This document shows positions 20,222-33,009 of a stretch of DNA of 64,000 nucleotides, piece after piece. The position numbers and the translations under genes were made by a program. The stretch comes from Longimicrobiales bacterium. GTDB lineage: Bacteria; Gemmatimonadota; Gemmatimonadetes; Longimicrobiales; Gaopeijiaceae. Below the pieces are notes generated by a model. That model was not told the DNA's origin, made no database searches, and saw only the letters and a program-made list of their open reading frames with translations. Each line of letters opens with the position of its first letter. Within the stretch, counting starts at the first letter, position 1. The DNA is taken from the NCBI GenBank assembly GCA_965249725.1, contig OZ252251.1, positions 64,001 to 128,000 of the forward strand, in the 5' to 3' direction.

Positions 20222-20450
20222 CGAGACTCCAACTTCTGGTGAATATGCGGCCCAATAACGTGGCGAATCCGGAAGGGTGAGGACAGTCCTCATCGGGTGT
20301 GTCGCGCAGGGTATCGCCCGGCCTATCCAGCGGGCTCCGTGGCGTTGCGTGGCTCGTGTACCGGGGGGTATATCACAGGACCTGCCCAGCAACGCTTCGG
20401 GCATCCGGATCGATCACACCGCCGAGAGTTCTCATACGGCTGGAGGAACC

Positions 20451-22091
20451 ATGCGAATCACCCACCGAGTCTTACACACGCTGCTGCGGGCAGGGCTCTG
20501 CGTCCTCGCCATCTTGGCCTTGGCCACCCAGGCCATGGCCCAGCGGCCGACGACCACTGCACGCGGTGCCGACGAGGGAGACGGACCATACAGCCGGCTC
20601 ATTCTGAGGGGTGCCACGATCATCGACGGAACCGGAGCGCCCCCGCAGGGCCCGGTGGACATCGTCATCGGAGGCGACCGCATCGCCGAGGTCCGCTCCG
20701 TCGGCTTCCCCGGCGTGCCGATCGACGAGCGGCGGCGGCCCGAAGATCCGGAGCGAGAGATCGACCTCACCGGCCATTACGTCATGCCTGGCTTCATCGA
20801 CATGCACGCCCATACCGGCGGGGAGCCCAAGGCCCCTCAGCCGGAGTACGTCTACAAGCTGTGGCTGGCGCACGGTGTGACCACGTCCAGAGGCGTAGGC
20901 CACGGGCCGATGATGTGGGCCCTCGAAGAGAAGGCGAAAGCCGCCCGTAACGAAATCGTGGCGCCTCGGATGTACACGTATGCTCGTCCGGGTGAAGCGT
21001 GGGACGAAGGCAGCATCGACTCGCCCGAGAAGGCCCGCGAGTGGGTACGCTGGGCCGTGGAGCAGGAGGTCGACGGGCAGAAGATCGACGGTCTCAAGTT
21101 GGGTTCGTACGACCCGCCGATCATGGAGGCCTTGATCGACGAGGCCCACAAGTTCGGACTCGGTACCGTCGCCCACCTGGGGCAGATGGGCATCGCCAGG
21201 ATGACGGCGCTGGACGCCGCCGAGGCCGGCCTCGACATGATGACCCACTACTACGGGCTCTTCGAGTCGCTGTTGAAGGACATGAGCATTCAGGACTGGC
21301 CTCTGGACTACAACTACAACGACGAGCAGCACCGCTTCGGCAACGTGGCTCGGCTCTGGGACCAGATCTACGAGCCCGGATCCGACGAGTGGTATGCCCT
21401 CATGGATCGGTTCCTCGAGTTGGACTTCGGACTCGACCCCACCATGACGATCTACGAGGCCGGCCGTGACGTGATGCGTGCCCGCAACGCGGACTGGCAC
21501 GACGAGTACACGCTGCCAAGCCAAGAGGAGTTCTATCAGCCCAGTCGCCAAGCCCACGGGTCGTATTGGTTCTACTGGACCAGCGAAGACGAGGTCGCTT
21601 GGAAGAACTTCTATATCCGGTGGATGCGGTTCCTGAACGAGTACAAGAACCGAGGCGGAATCGTGACCACCGGCTCTGACTCGGGTTTCATCTACAAGCT
21701 GTATGGGTTCGACTACATCCGTGAATTGGAGCTGCTGCGTGAGGCCGGATTCCACCCTATCGAGGTGATCCGATCCGCTACCATGTACGGAGCCATGCAG
21801 CTCAACAAACCCAAGGGGCTCGAGCCGGACTTCGGAATGATCAGGAAAGGCCTCAAGGCCGACTTCGTCGTGGTGGATGAGAATCCTCTCCAGAACCTCA
21901 AGGTGCTCTACGGTACGGGCGCCGTGAAGCTCAACGACGACACCGGCGAGGTGGAGCGTGTGGGCGGTATCAAGTACACCATCAAGGACGGCATCGTGTA
22001 CGACGCCAAGCAACTACTGGAGGACGTACGGGAGATGGTGCGGAAGGCCAAGGAGGAGGAGCGCGTCACGACGGACGGGGCAGGAAACTGA
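20451..22091 (+). CDS. Secreted amidohydrolase-superfamily protein
   Basis: Signal peptide; MPGFIDMHAH, TGSDSG, ADFVVVDENPL; GGAGG SD before ATG at 20451. Confidence 0.87.
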   Translation: MRITHRVLHTLLRAGLCVLAILALATQAMAQRPTTTARGADEGDGPYSRLILRGATIIDGTGAPPQGPVDIVIGGDRIAEVRSVGFPGVPIDERRRPEDPEREIDLTGHYVMPGFIDMHAHTGGEPKAPQPEYVYKLWLAHGVTTSRGVGHGPMMWALEEKAKAARNEIVAPRMYTYARPGEAWDEGSIDSPEKAREWVRWAVEQEVDGQKIDGLKLGSYDPPIMEALIDEAHKFGLGTVAHLGQMGIARMTALDAAEAGLDMMTHYYGLFESLLKDMSIQDWPLDYNYNDEQHRFGNVARLWDQIYEPGSDEWYALMDRFLELDFGLDPTMTIYEAGRDVMRARNADWHDEYTLPSQEEFYQPSRQAHGSYWFYWTSEDEVAWKNFYIRWMRFLNEYKNRGGIVTTGSDSGFIYKLYGFDYIRELELLREAGFHPIEVIRSATMYGAMQLNKPKGLEPDFGMIRKGLKADFVVVDENPLQNLKVLYGTGAVKLNDDTGEVERVGGIKYTIKDGIVYDAKQLLEDVREMVRKAKEEERVTTDGAGN

Positions 22092-22107
22092 GCTGAGGCG
22101 GCCTCGC

Positions 22108-23295
22108 ATGCCTCCATTGGATGTCGAGAAGCTGAGAGCCGAGACACCGGGAACGGGGCACCGGATCCACCTGAACAACGCCGGCGCCGGGCTCATGCCG
22201 GACCCTGTGCTCCGAACGATGACGGAGTATCTGGAGCTCGAAGCTCAGATCGGCGGCTATGAGGCCGCAGACGCCAGGAAGGCGGAAATCGCTCAGGTGT
22301 ATGACGTGCTCGGCTCACTCATCGGAGCCGCTCCCGACAACATCGCCGTGACCGAGAACGCCACGGCCTCGTTCATCCAGGCCCTGTCCTCGGTGCCGTT
22401 CGCGGCGGGGGATGTGATCGTGACGACGCGGAACGATTACATCTCCAACCAGATCATGTACCTGTCGCTCGAATCCCGCATGGGTATCGAACTGGTACGG
22501 GCGCCCGAGGATCCGTCGGGCGGGGTCGACGTGTTGGCCATGGAGGAGCTGATCCACCGGCGGCGGCCCAAGCTCGTGGCCGTCACCCACATTCCCACGA
22601 ACTCCGGGCTGGTACAGCGGGTCGCCGATGTGGGCCACATGTGCCGGCAGAGGGACATTCTCTACCTGGTCGACGCGTGCCAGTCCGTCGGTCAGATGCC
22701 CCTAGACGTTGAACAGGTCGGATGCGACTTCCTTTCGGCGACTGCACGGAAGTTCCTGCGTGGTCCTCGTGGCGTGGGGTTCCTCTACGTATCCGACCGG
22801 GCGTTGGACCTGGGACTCGAGCCGCTATTTCCGGACATGCGCGGTGCGGACTGGATCGAGGCCGACCTGTACCAGCCGGCACCCGGAGCCCAACGCTTCG
22901 AGAACTGGGAGTTCCCCTACGCGCTCGTCTTGGGAATGGGCCGGGCCGCCGAGTACGCGCTCGATCTGGGAATCGAGGCGATTCAGGATCGCGCCTGGGC
23001 CCTGGCGGCCATGACCCGAGACCGCTTGTCCGAGATCGATACGTTGCGTGTTCTCGATCGGGGTGAGGAGCGCTGTGCGATCGTCACCGTGACCTCAGAG
23101 ACGCGAGAGGCGTCCGAGCTGGTATCGGAGCTGACCGAGGCGGGGATCAACACGAACGTGACCGTCAGGGACTACGCCGTGTTGGATTTCGACGACAAGG
23201 GCGTCGAGTCCGCCATCCGCATCTCACCCCACTACTACAACTCCGAGGAGGAGATCGAGAAGCTGACGACCACCCTCGCCGGGCTCGTGGAGTGA
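22108..23295 (+). CDS. Class V PLP enzyme (cysteine desulfurase/EgtE-like C-S lyase)
   Basis: HLNNAGAG, VDACQSVG, SATARKFLRGPRG, RISPHYYN. Confidence 0.85.
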   Translation: MPPLDVEKLRAETPGTGHRIHLNNAGAGLMPDPVLRTMTEYLELEAQIGGYEAADARKAEIAQVYDVLGSLIGAAPDNIAVTENATASFIQALSSVPFAAGDVIVTTRNDYISNQIMYLSLESRMGIELVRAPEDPSGGVDVLAMEELIHRRRPKLVAVTHIPTNSGLVQRVADVGHMCRQRDILYLVDACQSVGQMPLDVEQVGCDFLSATARKFLRGPRGVGFLYVSDRALDLGLEPLFPDMRGADWIEADLYQPAPGAQRFENWEFPYALVLGMGRAAEYALDLGIEAIQDRAWALAAMTRDRLSEIDTLRVLDRGEERCAIVTVTSETREASELVSELTEAGINTNVTVRDYAVLDFDDKGVESAIRISPHYYNSEEEIEKLTTTLAGLVE

Positions 23296-23390
23296 TGTCC
23301 TCCGATCCTCTGAGTGCTTGCCCCTGCCCCACCACAGTGAAGAGATTTCGGGCCACCACCGTAGTCAGGGTTCAGGGAGCGAGGTAAGCG

Positions 23391-23957
23391 TTGCAACCGG
23401 AGGTCGAAAGAGAATTGGTCCGGACGTGCAAATCAGGTGGTGTCCGATTCTATGAACCGCTCGTACGAGCGTATGAAGGCCCCGGATTTCGCCTCGCCGT
23501 CGGCATGCTCGGCAGCCCCGACGACGCCCGCGACGCGCTCCAGGACGCCTTCATCAAGGCGTGGCAGTCGCTGCACCGATTCGACAGCGATCGCCCGTTC
23601 GGGCCTTGGTTCTTTCAGATTCTGCGTAACCAGTGTCGGGACGTGATCCGCAGTAGACAGTCCCGTGGACGCCTCGAAACGAGGGACGAGAAGCTCGAGT
23701 TACGGCCTGCCGGGACGAAGACGAACCCAGAGCGACTGAGACAACGAAGTGAGGCCCAGGAGACCCTCTGGGCGGCTCTGAGGGAAATCGGTGACGAGCA
23801 TCGGGAGATCATCGTGCTCAAGGAGCTCGAGGGCTTTCGATATGCCGAGATCGCCAGCATTCTGGACATCCCGGAAGGCACTGTGGCCAGTCGACTGTAT
23901 CACGCGCGCAACGCGCTGCGAGCGGCATTGCTGGAGATGAACGCTGAATATCCGTAG
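23391..23957 (+). CDS. ECF sigma-70 factor
   Basis: DARDALQDAFIKAW and WFFQILRN (region 2); YAEIASILDIPEGTVASRLYHAR (region 4). Confidence 0.92.
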   Translation: MQPEVERELVRTCKSGGVRFYEPLVRAYEGPGFRLAVGMLGSPDDARDALQDAFIKAWQSLHRFDSDRPFGPWFFQILRNQCRDVIRSRQSRGRLETRDEKLELRPAGTKTNPERLRQRSEAQETLWAALREIGDEHREIIVLKELEGFRYAEIASILDIPEGTVASRLYHARNALRAALLEMNAEYP

Positions 23958-23969
23958 GAGGATCACGCC

Positions 23970-24389
23970 GTGACGGGCATCAGTCACGAGACACTCATGC
24001 GCTACCTCGACGGAGAGGTCGCTCCCGATGAGCGCACCCGGATCAGGGCGGCCGTGGCCGCCTCCACCGAGCTGCAGCGCGACGTTGCGGTCTTCGGTGC
24101 CATGAAGAGGGATCTCCAGGGGATGGCGTTCTCGATCAGTCGAGACGATTCGGTGTGGGGCGTGGTCCACCGCCGACTCACCCGACCCATCGGTTGGCTG
24201 CTCGTGCTGGCCGGATTCACGGTTTGGGCCGCCTACGGCTCCTACCTCTACCTGATGTCTGCCATCGATCCCAGGGAAAAGCTGGCCACCTTCGCGATCG
24301 GAGTGGGAATTCTGCTCCTCTTCAGTAGCGTCATCTATGAGCGGTACAAGGAGTGGCTCACCGATCCGTACCGGGACGTGGTTCGATGA
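23970..24389 (+). CDS. Membrane anti-sigma factor-like protein
   Basis: LMRYLDGE N-terminal anti-sigma-like motif, two TM helices, directly after the ECF sigma. Confidence 0.75.
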   Translation: MTGISHETLMRYLDGEVAPDERTRIRAAVAASTELQRDVAVFGAMKRDLQGMAFSISRDDSVWGVVHRRLTRPIGWLLVLAGFTVWAAYGSYLYLMSAIDPREKLATFAIGVGILLLFSSVIYERYKEWLTDPYRDVVR

Positions 24390-24709
24390 TCATCGTCACC
24401 ACGCCGGATATTCCCGGCATGAACGTAGTGCGCACCCTCGGGCTGGTGCGTGGAAACACCATTCGGGCTCGTCACATCGGCAAAGACGTCATGGCGATCC
24501 TGAGGAATGTCGCAGGCGGCGAGATCCACGAATACACCAAGATGCTGGCGGAGGCACGAGAGCAGGCTATCGACCGGTTGGTCGAGGAGGCCGAGACCCT
24601 GGGTGGCAATGCTGTCCTGGGCCTGCGTTTCCAGACGTCCATGATCCAGAAGGGCACGGCCGAGATGCTCTGCTACGGAACCGCGGTAGTCGTCGAACCC
24701 GAGGACTGA
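24386..24709 (+). CDS. YbjQ/UPF0145 family protein
   Basis: LGLVRGNTIRARHIG, GGEIHEYTKML, YGTAV; ATGA overlap with the upstream gene. Confidence 0.9.
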   Translation: MIIVTTPDIPGMNVVRTLGLVRGNTIRARHIGKDVMAILRNVAGGEIHEYTKMLAEAREQAIDRLVEEAETLGGNAVLGLRFQTSMIQKGTAEMLCYGTAVVVEPED

Positions 24710-24831
24710 CAGGCTCTTTTCGGCCCTGCCAGGGCGGGTCCGGACCGGATTTTGCTTGACCGTCGGCCGCAGACCCTCATTATGCGATATCCTCCGCCCC
24801 CCTAGTCGGCCCTCGATATCGCAGCAGGCCC

Positions 24832-25632
24832 GTGTTGAGAATTGCGATACTCCAGCCCGATCCTCGCGCGGCGGCTCGGTTAGCCGACGCCTTGAGATCT
24901 ATGTACGAGCTCCGGTCCTATCGGAGCTGGGCCAAGCTGTACAGCGACGCCCCGAAAGCCCCCTGGGCGTGCTGCGTGGTCGACATCTATCCTCCGGAGG
25001 GCCCCATCTCGCCCACCCAGCTGGGAAGACTGAAGCGGCAGCGTCCCGACCTTGCCATCGTCGTATACTCCGACTTCGCGGACCGCGAACCGGACTTGTT
25101 CGAGATCGGGCAGCAACAGATCAACGCCGTGATTCTGGCCGGGCTGGAGGACTCCCCTGCTGCCATTCAGACCACGATCAGCCGCTCCCTGACTTCGGCC
25201 GCCGCCGGAGTCGTAGAGAGCGCTCTCGAAGGCCGCCTCGCCGCCCTGGGGATCGCGGTCGTCCGCTGGTCCATGGAGCACTCCTTGGAACGCCCGAGCG
25301 TGGACGACCTGGCCGAGGGAATGGGTATGTCTCGAGGCCAACTCACGAGGGAGCTCAGTCGCAGCGGTCTCCCGCCGCCCCGGGCTCTCCTCCTGTGGGG
25401 ACGCCTGTTCCAGGCCGCTCGTCTACTGCAGGGTGGGACCGCAACGGTCGAGGGGGTGGCACACGCTCTGGGGTATTCCACGAGTTCGGGACTGCATCGG
25501 GCGTTCCATCAGTACGTTGGATGGCCGCCGGGAGCCACCTCCACGCGGGGCGGAGTGGACGGCGTTCTCGAGTCGTTCATGGAGTCGCAGGCCGAGGTAG
25601 CCCGCCAGTCGGCGGCCACCGGGAGTGGGTGA
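24832..25632 (+). CDS. AraC-family regulator with receiver-like N-terminus
   Basis: SVDDLAEGMGMSRGQLTR and VEGVAHALGYSTSSGLHRAF double HTH. Confidence 0.82.
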   Translation: MLRIAILQPDPRAAARLADALRSMYELRSYRSWAKLYSDAPKAPWACCVVDIYPPEGPISPTQLGRLKRQRPDLAIVVYSDFADREPDLFEIGQQQINAVILAGLEDSPAAIQTTISRSLTSAAAGVVESALEGRLAALGIAVVRWSMEHSLERPSVDDLAEGMGMSRGQLTRELSRSGLPPPRALLLWGRLFQAARLLQGGTATVEGVAHALGYSTSSGLHRAFHQYVGWPPGATSTRGGVDGVLESFMESQAEVARQSAATGSG

Positions 25633-25655
25633 GTTACCCGTTGGGCGCTGCCCGT

Positions 25656-27576
25656 TCAGGAGCCACCCTGCACGAAGGCCCGTAGGTCTCCGATGTCGTA
25701 GGCCCCGTTCGCGTTTCCCCGATCGTCGAGAATCGACGCTTCGCCCGCATTGATCGGTACGGCACCGGATTCTATGAAGGCGGTCAGGGCTCGCTCCACG
25801 GTCATCGAGAACTCTCCGACCGTGATCGGCACCACCACGGTACCCACGTTTCCATCGGCATCCTTGATTCCGACGCTGAACTCGAAGTCGCCCATCATTT
25901 CGGGCGCCCCACGGACGACCAATCTCATGCCGTCCGTGTCGACCATCATTCCCCGGGACGGTAAAGCATCGTCCAGGAACGCCGCATAGGGCATCAACCC
26001 TCCGGCGATCGTAAGCGAGCCCGAATAAGGGTTGAAGTGGCTTCCCTCCGGTAATCCACCCACATTCACGATGCCGGGCACCCGGCTGCTCGTCAGCCGC
26101 ACCCGAGCTTCGTCCCCGGCCGCGACGATCGAGTGAATCGTCACTCGGCTGGGGGCAGACTCCGCGTGACGCAGGGTCCCCGGACTGGTCTCGTTGTTCA
26201 GGAAAGCCTGGGGCGCGCCGCTCTGGCCCCAGGCATCGGAAGCCTCGCCTCGATTACCCCCGTTCTCGGCCGTGAGCAAGAGGTCGGCGCGTCCATCCGC
26301 CTCCACCATGGAGAACAGGTAGGGCCGAGGAGATCCCCGATCCGGTCGCCGGACACCCGCCAAATCCCAGTGGTACATGAGGACGCCGGAAGACGGCAGG
26401 TTGGCATCGAAGCCCAGCTGCGGACGGTACTCCAGGACGAGGAACTCGACGTCGTCGTCGTCCAACGGGACTCGTAAGGCCTCACCACTCTGCTGGGCGG
26501 GACCCAGGACGAACTCCTCATCGAACGCGTCATCCGCGTCGACCCATTCCACCCATCCGAGGTGCTCCTTGGACCATGGGCTGAAGTGTGTCGGGCCGAA
26601 GCTGACCCCCCGGGTGGACCCGTCGCCACACCCCCAGGAGCCTGCCGCCATGAGGCCCCAGCAACCCAACACCCAACGCCTGTTCTGGGGCTGGATTCCG
26701 TCGATGGGGTGATAGAGATCGGGCAGACCGAGCACGTGCCCGAACTCGTGGGAGACGACCCCCGCCGTCTGGAGGGTCTCCCCGGTGCAGTCCGCAGCGC
26801 TGGTAATCGTGTATCCGAAGATGAGCATGGGGTTGCCGTCGAACCCCACGTCCTCGGTCGCGAGCGCGTCGCCGAGCCAGAAGACCATGGCGCTTCGGTG
26901 AGGCCAGATGGCGGGACCACCACAGGACGCCGAGATCTCCTGGAACTCGAAGTTCACGACGTCCACGATCCCGTCGTCGTCCCCGCTGTTCGGAACGCCG
27001 TCCGGGCCGTCGTTGTCGAACTGGGTGAAATCGATGACCTCATCGACGAGCCCGACCGCCTCCACCAGATAGTCCCCGGTCCCGGTGTTGTCTCCGAGGC
27101 CGGAACTCTCACCCACCACTTCCGCGACCGTCAGGCTGGTCCGCACCCACGGGGCCACGACCCCCTCCACGGTCAGGAGTCCACCCGAAGCGTCCCGGTA
27201 GAAGTCCGTCAGCGTACCGGCCTCGGCGGGCCCCTCGAAGAGGACCCGACGAATGTCCTCGACCGGAAACCGGGGATCCTCGGAGTCCGCGAAAGAGCGC
27301 CGGGATGACCAGCAACTGAAACTGCCCACTCATGGGCGGGTTGGCGCCCGGCGCGGCCTGCGGCCTCTGACCCCTCCACACCTGTGGAAGCTCGAACACG
27401 TCAGGATCGCGCGCGACGCGATCAAAGTACGCCTGGGGTAGAGCGAGACCCCGCAGCACCGCGACCGCCTCGATGTCCTGGGCGTGCGCCGGGACGAGCA
27501 CCCCGGAAAGGAGGAGCCCAGGGAGGAGCCCAGGGAGCAGCCCGAGTAATACGCGGGGGGCCACCGTCCGGCTCAC
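25656..27576 (-). pseudogene. M6 (immune inhibitor A-like) metalloprotease, frameshifted near 27292 (true lesion or sequence error)
   Basis: Signal peptide..LLVIPALF in one frame continues as FADSEDP..DNDGPDG..HEFGHVLGLPDLY in another; extra T in GCG CTC TTT CGC. Confidence 0.82.
27510..27545. repeat. 12-bp tandem repeat in a signal-peptide coding region (LLPG units)
   Basis: GGAGGAGCCCAG x2 plus GGAGCAGCCCGA. Confidence 0.7.
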
Positions 27577-27983
27577 GGGGTGTACCTCACTTGGTACCCG
27601 GCCAAGCCGTCCCTGACCGCGTTCTGACCGTCGGCGACTTGCACGACGGTCGTGGCAGGGGGCTGCGTCGTATCGGCGACATTCAAGCGGAAGGCTACCT
27701 CACCCGGAGTACCTAGAAGCACCACCACCTTCGTGGTATCACCCGCAGCGCTCGTGTGGAGATCACCGGTAAGCGGCTCCACGCGCGACACCCCACCGCC
27801 CACGAGATGGATCAGCGCCGCACCCTCGGCCCCGTTTGGAGACTCGAGCACCGCAGTCAGTGTTCCGGGAGCACTCCTCGGACCATCGTCCAGGCAGCCC
27901 CACACTCCTAAGAGCGCCGCGAAGAGCGCCGCGTGGGCGACCAAGGCCTTGTGGGGTGTGAAGCGTCGCGCCGAATCAGCCAT
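27573..27983 (-). CDS. Hypothetical lipoprotein
   Basis: AALFAALLGVWGC lipobox-like signal; overlaps both flanking genes. Confidence 0.65.
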   Translation of the reverse strand: MADSARRFTPHKALVAHAALFAALLGVWGCLDDGPRSAPGTLTAVLESPNGAEGAALIHLVGGGVSRVEPLTGDLHTSAAGDTTKVVVLLGTPGEVAFRLNVADTTQPPATTVVQVADGQNAVRDGLAGYQVRYTP

Positions 27984-28848
27984 GGGCCTCGGTGGACAGA
28001 GCGTCACGGGTCGCCCGATATCCCTCGTCGAGGAAATAATCGATCTCGTCGAAATCGAAGCCACCGTGGGATTCCAGGGCAGGTCGGACGAAGGTCAGCG
28101 GAACGCCCGTCCAATCTCGCACCGTATCGCGCCTCTTCTGGCCAGCCATGATGGCGAACACCCTTTGCTGGACCGACACGAGCCCCTCCCTGGCCGCCAC
28201 ACGGGCGTCGGCGTCCGGGCCGGCCCCCGCATCGATGGCGATAATGCGCGTGGCTCCAAGATCAGCGGCCCGTTGGAGCGGCAGCATATCCTGCACGCCC
28301 CCATCGATGAAGAACCGTCCATCCACTTCAACCGGGGGGAACAGGACGGGCAGCGCGCAGGAACCGTACAGCCCGTCGACCAGAGAGACGTCCGTATCGC
28401 CTCCGTTCCCGAGCCACACCGTCTCGCCAGTGGCCAGGTCTACGACGTTCACGACCATCGGTATCTGAAGGCCACTCCAGGAGTCGGTCGGGAGCAGGGT
28501 CTGGATGAAGTCCCGCAGTGGGCTCCCCCGGAACACGCTCGCGGCTCGGATACCCCCGATCCACAAAGCCCGACGCCTTACACGGGTGATGTCAGTGCGC
28601 TTCAGGCCGCGTGCGACAGCCTCCATCTCTTCGACGGAGCGACCCCCGGAAAAGGCGGCCCCCACCATGGCACCGATGCTCGTCCCGATAATGCCGGCCA
28701 CAGGGATACCCGCCTCCTGAATGGCCTTCCAGGCACCGATGTGGGCCAGACCCTTGAGGGCTCCGCCGCCCATGACCACCCAGATCGCATCAGGCGACTC
28801 ACCGGGTGTCTCCGTATCGGTCTCACCGGGTTCATATGAGGTCGTCAT
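27976..28848 (-). CDS. Patatin-like phospholipase
   Basis: GGGALKG, GTSIG, DGG motifs. Confidence 0.9.
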   Translation of the reverse strand: MTTSYEPGETDTETPGESPDAIWVVMGGGALKGLAHIGAWKAIQEAGIPVAGIIGTSIGAMVGAAFSGGRSVEEMEAVARGLKRTDITRVRRRALWIGGIRAASVFRGSPLRDFIQTLLPTDSWSGLQIPMVVNVVDLATGETVWLGNGGDTDVSLVDGLYGSCALPVLFPPVEVDGRFFIDGGVQDMLPLQRAADLGATRIIAIDAGAGPDADARVAAREGLVSVQQRVFAIMAGQKRRDTVRDWTGVPLTFVRPALESHGGFDFDEIDYFLDEGYRATRDALSTEAHG

Positions 28849-29012
28849 CGGCAGCACACTCGAAAAGACCGACAAGGCGACCGACGGAGCGACGGCTGGG
28901 CAGACCGCAAGCGGAACCGCGGCTCAGCTTGACGGTATACCAAGGCCTCTCTAGCTTTGATGAAAAGAAGAATCATTCTCAATAAGGTCCACTCTCCAGA
29001 GTTTTCCCTTCC

Positions 29013-29792
29013 ATGAGCGACACCCCAATTCTCAGGATTTCCGGCCTTTCTGCCAAGGTCGCCGACGAAGATCTCTCCATTTTGAACGGAGTGGACCTCG
29101 AGCTCGGAACCGGCGAGATCCACGCCATCATGGGCCCGAACGGCTCCGGCAAGAGCACTCTCGCCAAGGTACTGGCCGGACATCCCGGTTACGAAGTCAC
29201 GGCCGGAGAGGTCACGTACCGTGATGAGTCCATTCTGGACATGGAACCGGACGAGCGCGCCCTCGCGGGAATCTTCCTGGCCTTTCAGTACCCCGTCGAG
29301 ATCCCTGGGGTCTCGATCGCCAACTTCCTGAGGACCGCGCTTCAGGCTCGCCTGACGGGCGACGAAGAGGTCGATCTGTTCGACTTTCAGGACGAGCTCA
29401 TCGACCGCATGAAACTGCTCGACATGGAGCCTTCCTTTGCCGAGCGCCCCGTGAACGACGGGTTCAGCGGAGGCGAGAAGAAGCGCAACGAGATTCTCCA
29501 GATGGCGGTGTTGCATCCGACTTTGGCGCTCATGGACGAGACGGACTCCGGCTTGGACATCGACGCGCTCAAGGTCGTGGCTAGCGGCGTGAACACCTTG
29601 CGCGAAGAGAATCCCGAGATGACGGTGCTTCTCATCACGCACTATCAGCGGCTCCTGAACTACATCAAGCCCGATGTCGTGCACGTGATGGTCGAAGGCC
29701 GAATCGTGCGGACCGGCGGGCCCGAGGTGGCACTGAAGCTCGAAGAGGAAGGCTACGCGGAATGGGCGGACAAGGAAGCGGTGCCTGCGTAG
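29013..29792 (+). CDS. sufC: Fe-S assembly ATPase SufC
   Basis: [33 protein letters not shown]. Confidence 0.96.
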   Translation: MSDTPILRISGLSAKVADEDLSILNGVDLELGTGEIHAIMGPNGSGKSTLAKVLAGHPGYEVTAGEVTYRDESILDMEPDERALAGIFLAFQYPVEIPGVSIANFLRTALQARLTGDEEVDLFDFQDELIDRMKLLDMEPSFAERPVNDGFSGGEKKRNEILQMAVLHPTLALMDETDSGLDIDALKVVASGVNTLREENPEMTVLLITHYQRLLNYIKPDVVHVMVEGRIVRTGGPEVALKLEEEGYAEWADKEAVPA

Positions 29793-29871
29793 CACCACAC
29801 ATGCCTGGCACCGCACATGAGACAGCAGAACTGTGGGGCGATCCCACGCCGACTCCAGCAGGACAACGGTC

Positions 29872-31283
<1,412 letters not shown>

Positions 31284-31287
<4 letters not shown>

Positions 31288-32645
31288 CGATGGAAGCCAC
31301 CCAGGCCGTTTCGCCAACGGAGAGCGAAGACGCCACGGCGGCCCTAAACGGAGCAGCCGTGGAGCACCTGGGCCGAGAGGCCCCCGATTGGTTGCACGAG
31401 CGACGCGAGCACGCATGGTCGGTCTATGAGGACACGCCGCTTCCGACGACCCGTTCTGAGGAGTGGCGGTACACGGACCTCTCCCGGCTCATCGACCTCG
31501 AGTCGCTGAGGCTCCTCACCCCGGACGATACCGACCCCGACGCCCCGCGACCGAGACTGCTGGAAGAGGCCATGGTCGAGGACCGGGCCGCCTCCGGGCA
31601 CTCGGTGCTGGTGGACGGTCTGACGGTACAGGTGGATCTGGAAGCCGACCTCGCGGCCCAGGGGGTCGTTCTCACGTCTCTGCGGTCGGCCGTCGAGAGT
31701 CACCCCGCCCTGCTCGAGGAGCACCTCGCGGTCGCGGCCCTCCCTCCGGAGGAGGGAAAGTTCCAGGCCCTGAACGCCGCCCTCTGGACCGACGGCGTGT
31801 TCCTTTACGTGCCGAAAGGTGTGCGTCTGGAGCTTCCCGTGCGAGCCACGCGTTGGCTTTCGCACCCCGGCTCCGCCGTGTGCACGCGGACTCTCGTCAT
31901 CGCGGAAGCCGGCAGCCAGGTGTCGTACGTCGAGGAGCTTCTCTCGGACGACATGAGCGAGCGAACGCTCGTTTCGGCCGGCGTGGAGATCATCGCGAAG
32001 GACGGTGCTCAGGTTCAATACGTATCCATCCAGCGCACCGGCCGCGGGGTGTTCTGCCAGTCGGCACAGCGGACCCTGGCGCATCGTGACTCCACGCTGG
32101 ACACCCTCAACGTGAGCCTCGGCGGCTCCGTGAGCCGTGTCGACCTGAACGCGCGGCTGCTGGGGCCCGGAGCCAACAGCGACATGTTGGGCCTCTACTT
32201 CGGCGACGGGGACCAGCACTTCGATCACAACACGAGTCAAGATCACGTGGCTCCCAACGCCGGAAGCGACCTGCTCTACAAGGGTGCGCTGGACGGCTCG
32301 TCGAGCGCGGTGTTCCGAGGGGTCATCCGGGTCCATCCCGGGGCTCAAGGCACCGACGCGTACCAGACGAACCGCAACCTGCTGCTCTCTGAAGAGGCCC
32401 GCGCCACCTCGCTGCCGAACCTCGAGATCGAGGCCGACGACGTGAAGTGCTCTCACGGCGCGACGGTCGGCCAGCTCGACGCCGAAGCGCTCTTCTATCT
32501 GCTCAGCCGTGGAATGAGCCGCCACCAAGCCGAGCGGCTGGTGGTCATCGGCTTCCTGGGTGACGTGCTGTCCCGACTCCCCTTGGGTGGAGTCGTCGAG
32601 AAGGTGACGAAGGCGATCGAGCGAAAGCTCCAGGCGCATGGCTGA
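31284..32645 (+). CDS. sufD: Fe-S assembly protein SufD
   Basis: [27 protein letters not shown]. Confidence 0.94.
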
Positions 32646-32964
32646 GGTGGCCGCACAACCCGAGTGGGTCAAGGTCGCCGTGCTCGATCGGTGTCCGCCG
32701 GGGAATCTCTTAGGCGTCGAAGCGGGCGATGTGAAGATCGTTCTGGCCAACGTCGATGGAGACATCTATGCGCTCGAGGATCGTTGCTCGCACCAAGACT
32801 TCCCGCTCTCCGACGGGGAGCTCGAGGACGACCGATTGGAATGCGTCTACCACGGTGCCCAGTTCGACGTATGTACGGGGCGGGCCACCCAGCTGCCCGC
32901 GATCCGGCCCGTGACATCCTTCGCCGTTGAAGTCAGGGACCAGGAGATCTTCGTCCAGATCTAA
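32638..32964 (+). CDS. Rieske-type ferredoxin
   Basis: CSH and CVYHG..FD..TG Rieske ligands. Confidence 0.92.
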   Translation: MAEVAAQPEWVKVAVLDRCPPGNLLGVEAGDVKIVLANVDGDIYALEDRCSHQDFPLSDGELEDDRLECVYHGAQFDVCTGRATQLPAIRPVTSFAVEVRDQEIFVQI

Positions 32965-33009
32965 TCGTGGAGGGCTGAGGCCTCTCACATGTCCCGAGGG
33001 ATCACGTTC

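Noticed and set aside
20222..20450. N-terminal extensions of the ligA and amidohydrolase ORFs
   Set aside because: They overlap each other in the divergent promoter region; SD-supported starts are at 20221 and 20451.
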